Source: Rhynchobatus australiae
Taxonomy: Eukaryota
Assembly (NCBI GenBank): GCA_034780895.1
Contig: JAUZTB010000068.1
Coordinates: 24,162,697-24,226,696, forward strand
Direction: 5' to 3'
DNA length: 64,000 nucleotides
Positions 59,760 through 64,000 of the stretch are shown in pieces (within the stretch, counting starts at the first letter, position 1; the number at the start of each line of letters is the position of its first letter). A model generated the notes under the pieces. That model saw nothing but the letters and a program-made list of their open reading frames with translations. It had not been told where the DNA came from and searched no databases. The translations under genes were made by a program, and so were the position numbers.

Positions 59760-62700
59760 TAACATGGACAGTACAGCACAGGAACAGGCCCTTTGGCCCA
59801 CAATGTCTGTGCCAAACATGATGCCAAATTAAAGTAGATCTCTTCTGCCTGCACATGATCCATATCCCTCCATATTCATGTATCTAAATGCATCTTAAAT
59901 GTCACTATCACATCTGCTTCCCCATGATCCCTTTGTACAACTTTGCCATTAAGGCTGGTTAGCCTGACGTCAGTGGTTAGTTACATTTTAGAGTTCATTG
60001 TTGAAGATAAAGTTCTGGAGTACTTTGAAGTACATGATAAAATTGAGCAAAGTCAGCATGGCTTTGTTAAGTTAGACAAAGGAGAGTTGGTGCATGTTAT
60101 TTACTTGGAGTTTCAGAATGCCTTTGACAAGGTGCTGCACATGAGGCTGCTAAACGAGGCAAGAGCCCATGGTGTTAGGGGCAAGGTACTAGCATGGATG
60201 GAAGATTAGAACAAGGATATACTGCTAAGGATTTATGAGGAGTTGGTTAGATGCAATTGGAATATTGTGAGCAATTTTGGGCCCTGTATTGAATGAAAAA
60301 TGTGCTGGCCCTGGAGAGGGTCTAAAGGAGGTTCACAAGAATGATCCCAGGAATAAAAGACTTAACCTGTGAGACACGTTTGATGGACCTGTACTCGATG
60401 GAGTTTAGGAGGATGAGGGGAGATCTCATTGAAACCTATTGGGTACTGAAAGGCATGGATTGGATGGATGCTTCCATTGGTTGGAGAGTCTAAGATCCAA
60501 GGGCACAGCTTCAGAGTCAGGGGACATCTCTTTAAAACTGAGATGAGGAGGAATTTCTTCGGCCAGAGGGTGGTGTATTTGTGGACTTCATTGCCATAGA
60601 GGGCTGTGGAGGCCTAATCATTGGGTATATTTAAGGCAGAGATTGATAGGATATTGATTGATTAGGGGGAGAATGGGGTTGAAAAAGAAAATCAGCTATG
60701 ATTGAATGGCAGAGTAGTGTTTATGGACCAAATGGCCCAATTCTGCTCCTCTATCTTCTGGTCCATTAACTATATACTTTCCCTTGATGTTTGACCTCCC
60801 AAATTGAAACACTTCACTTTTGCCCACATTAAGCTTCATCTGCCATTTCTCTGCCCATAACTAATTGATTTATATCCTGTTGTATCCTTTGACGACCTTC
60901 TTCACTGTTCATAACTTCACCAATCCTTGTGTCTTCTGCAAACTTACCAACCCACTCATCTACATTTTCTTTCAAGTCACTTATACAGTATATAACAACA
61001 GCAGAACACCACTGGTCACGGATCTCCAGCAAGAATACACATCTTTCACCAATACTCCCCACCTTCTATGGCCAAGGCAATTCTGAATCCAGACTACCAA
61101 ATTACCATGGATTCTACGCATCTTCATCTTCCAGATCAGCCTACCACGAGAGACATTGTCAAAAGCTTTATTGAAGTCCATGTAGACAACATCTACTACC
61201 CTAGTCAATCATCTCCTTGAAAAAAACTCATGTTGGTAAGACACGACCTGCCCTGTATAAAGCTTTGTTAACAGTCTCTAAGCAGGAGATGCTCTTCTAA
61301 ATGCACATCAATCCTATCCCCAAAAATCCTCTCCGATAGCTTCCTAACCACTCACATGAAGTTAACCAGCCTATAGTTTCCTGGATTATCCCCATTTCCC
61401 TTCTTGAACAAAAGGAAATGCATTGGCTATTCCAAGTCCTCTGGGACCTTGCCTGTTGCTGGTGATGATACAAAGATATTCATCAAGGATCTAGCAATCT
61501 CTTCTCTTGCCTCATTCAGTAACCTGGAATATATCCCATCAGGACCTGGGACTCATCTACCTGAATGTTCTTCAAAAGACTCAGCACCACCATCTTCTTG
61601 ATTTCAAAATGCCCTAGCACATTAGCATGCTCCACACTGCACTCACTATCTCCCATGTCTTTCTCCTTGGTGAATACCATCACACAGTACTCATTTACTA
61701 CCTCACCCACATTCTCTTACTCCAAACATTAATTCCCTCCTTTATCCTTCAATTGTCCAACCCTCTCCAGAGTTATCCTCTTGTTCTAATGTAAATATAA
61801 AATGCCTTGGGATTCCCTTTAATCCTATTTGCTAAAGAAANNNNNNNNNNNNNNNNNNNNNNNNNNNNNNNNNNNNNNNNNNNNNNNNNNNNNNNNNNNN
61901 NNNNNNNNNNNNNNNNNNNNNNNNNNNNNNNNNNNNNNNNNNNNNNNNNNNNNNNNNNNNNNNNNNNNNNNNNNNNNNNNNNNNNNNNNNNNNNNNNNNN
62001 NNNNNNNNNNNNNNNNNNNNNNNNNNNNNNNNNNNNNNNNNNNNNNNNNNNNGATCAGCTTGTCTTAACACATCTCCTGTCAAATGTGGACTTGCCCGAT
62101 AACAGCTGCTCCCAATAAACTCCCCCCAGCTTCTGTCTAATAATGTCATAACTTGCCCTCCCCCAATTTAGTATTTTCCCACAAGGTCCAGATTTACCCT
62201 AAGTCATAATTGTCTTAAAAATTAGGCATTTGTGATCACTTTTCCCAAAATGCTGTCCCACTGGCCAGTCACCTGGCCAGGCTAATTTCCTAAAAGAAGG
62301 CCCAGTATGGTCTTTCCCTTAGTTGGACTATCCATGTATTGTTTCAAGAAATGCTCTTGGATGCACTGGAGAAATTCTGCCCCATCAATGAACAAAGGAA
62401 GTCCCTGTCAATATTGGGGAAGTTATTGTCACCCACTATGACAACCCTGTTGCTCTTAGATCTTTCCATAATCTGTCCACATATCTGTTCCTTTATCTCT
62501 CAATGCTGTTGGGAGGCCTGTTATATAATCCCATCAGAATGATTGCACCTTTCTTATTTTTGAGCCCTTCCCATATTGCCTCAGTGGACGATCCCTCTAG
62601 AATGTCCCCTCTGAGTGCAGCGGTGATATTCTCTCTGCAATTCCCACATCTCTTTTATCTCCCTCACTATCATGTCTAAAACTTTGAAATCCAGGAACAA

Positions 62701-62880
62701 TGAGCTGCCAGTCCTGTTCCTCTCGCAACCATATCTCCGTAATGGCTGGAACATCATAGTTCCATGTACTGATCCGGGCTTTAAGTTTATCTGTCTTACC
62801 CATAATACTCCTTGCATTGAAATAAACACACTTCGGCACATCAGTCCCATTGTGCTCATTAACCTGTCCCTGCACTATAT
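59760..62880 (-). mobile_element. Long CR1 LINE ORF2 relic (endonuclease through RT to 3' tail)
   Basis: YFNARSIMGKTDKL..AITEIWL..WQLIVPGFQSFRHD (APE); VDVVYMDFNKAFDNV; VGKFAEDTRIG; tail at ~59770. Confidence 0.88.
59945..60767 (+). mobile_element. CR1 fragment nested in opposite orientation inside the minus-strand CR1
   Basis: RLVSLTSVV..QSQHGF..VIYLEFQNAFDKVLHMRLL; 3' tail ggaccaaatggcccaattctgctcct. Confidence 0.8.
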
Positions 62881-64000
62881 TTTGTTGTCTAGTTTTGAAG
62901 ATTTCTGCATACCCGAATTCTTCAAAGCTTGTATGCCTTTGCAACATTTACTTATAGACTTGACTTAATAACTTTCCATTTGCCTATCCTAAATAGTGAA
63001 ACAGATCTAATATTGCTTGTTGATATCAATCTCTGCACAGCTATTACACTTGTCGACCTTGCATAAATTGCACAATTCCCCTGTGTTCTTTTAATTGGTG
63101 CAGTGAGGAAATTCACTATGTGAGAAATTTTGCCCTGTTTCTGAGACAAAATAATGAACTATATAAATGCAAGTTCTTTCTGATCAACAGCATTAGAGGT
63201 CTTTGCATTGGACATTTTACTAGAAATTTCACTGATGATCTGCTGGACCATGCTAGATAATAAATGGGTGAATCTCAGAATATCAGCTGAATCTTGTATG
63301 TTTGTATCTTGGACCATATTTTAAACTTTAGGTACAGTAACATACACATATAAAAACCTTAATATTTCATCTCTCATATTATTACATGTGGGGAATCAAG
63401 AACAGGATTAACCTTGAAGTATTTCAGACCAGCATATTCAAATGCAATTCAATTAACATTTTAAAGTCATACACTCTGCCAAGTTTTTTTATATTTCCAT
63501 TATAAATTATTATGTCCACATTTAAAAGGAGCCATATTATTTTGATCCCTTTATATCTGCCTGTGATGGTCAAAGGAATTTATATTGGAAAAGTTAACTG
63601 AAAGTGTGAGGAAATGTAATATTTTCAGATATATATTTGTATCTCTCATGAAATTACATTCAAATTTCTTTCAGATTGAGTATCTGTATATGTATATACA
63701 TATATATAGAGTTTTTGAAACTAGCGGCCTGCAAGTTAAAATCAAATACTTTTTTGTTTAAATTTGGAATTAACTTCTTTGCATTTCACCCCTTTTTTAG
63801 AGCGCCAAATGGAGGTCATTCACATACATTTCTGCTAAATGAGATTTGCTTTGTGGATAAACTTGGTTGAATCATCTAAAATCTTTGTTTTTATCAATTA
63901 TTAGACAAGTCTGAATACATTTTTTCTCTGGAATCTGGAATACACTGATCACATCTATTATGCATACTATTTACCCTATGATATAATGGCTCATTAATAG

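Noticed and set aside
22800-64000. Exons of ZMYM-family genes expected from mammalian synteny
   Set aside because: No MYM zinc-finger or other ZMYM sequence recognised by eye; small exons cannot be excluded.
1-64000. CRISPR arrays, tRNA/rRNA genes, prokaryotic systems
   Set aside because: Eukaryotic intron-containing DNA; no repeat-spacer arrays; the tRNA-like pieces are SINE heads.

Overview
Vertebrate genomic DNA with many assembly gaps. The repeat content (HE1-like V-SINEs, a Deu-SINE, CR1, Rex1/Babar, Penelope, Tx1, Gypsy) suggests a cartilaginous fish such as a ray or shark (inference). The one complete gene is SFPQ, a DBHS-family RNA-binding protein, on the minus strand. It has 9 coding exons (22370->13496, 1701 nt, 566 aa), all with GT-AG junctions in consistent phase, and a CpG-island promoter with TATA, YY1, CCAAT and GC-box motifs. 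The most notable signals are: (i) the intron separating human SFPQ exons 1 and 2 is absent, with an intact AG|GT proto-splice site at that position; (ii) the last intron has a ~233-nt AG-free zone with a distant branch point and polypyrimidine tract, plus a candidate poison exon; (iii) a chain of five well-formed stop-containing or non-coding candidate exons runs ~8 kb past the stop codon in TE-poor DNA, a probable alternative-last-exon/NMD module; (iv) an intact SAP-like + THAP zinc-finger ORF at ~41 kb looks like an exon of a domesticated transposon-derived gene. The rest is decayed and nested transposable elements, including a spliced Harbinger Myb-type relic and a Gypsy pol relic. Repeat boundaries are approximate, and family calls come from motif recognition, not database searches.
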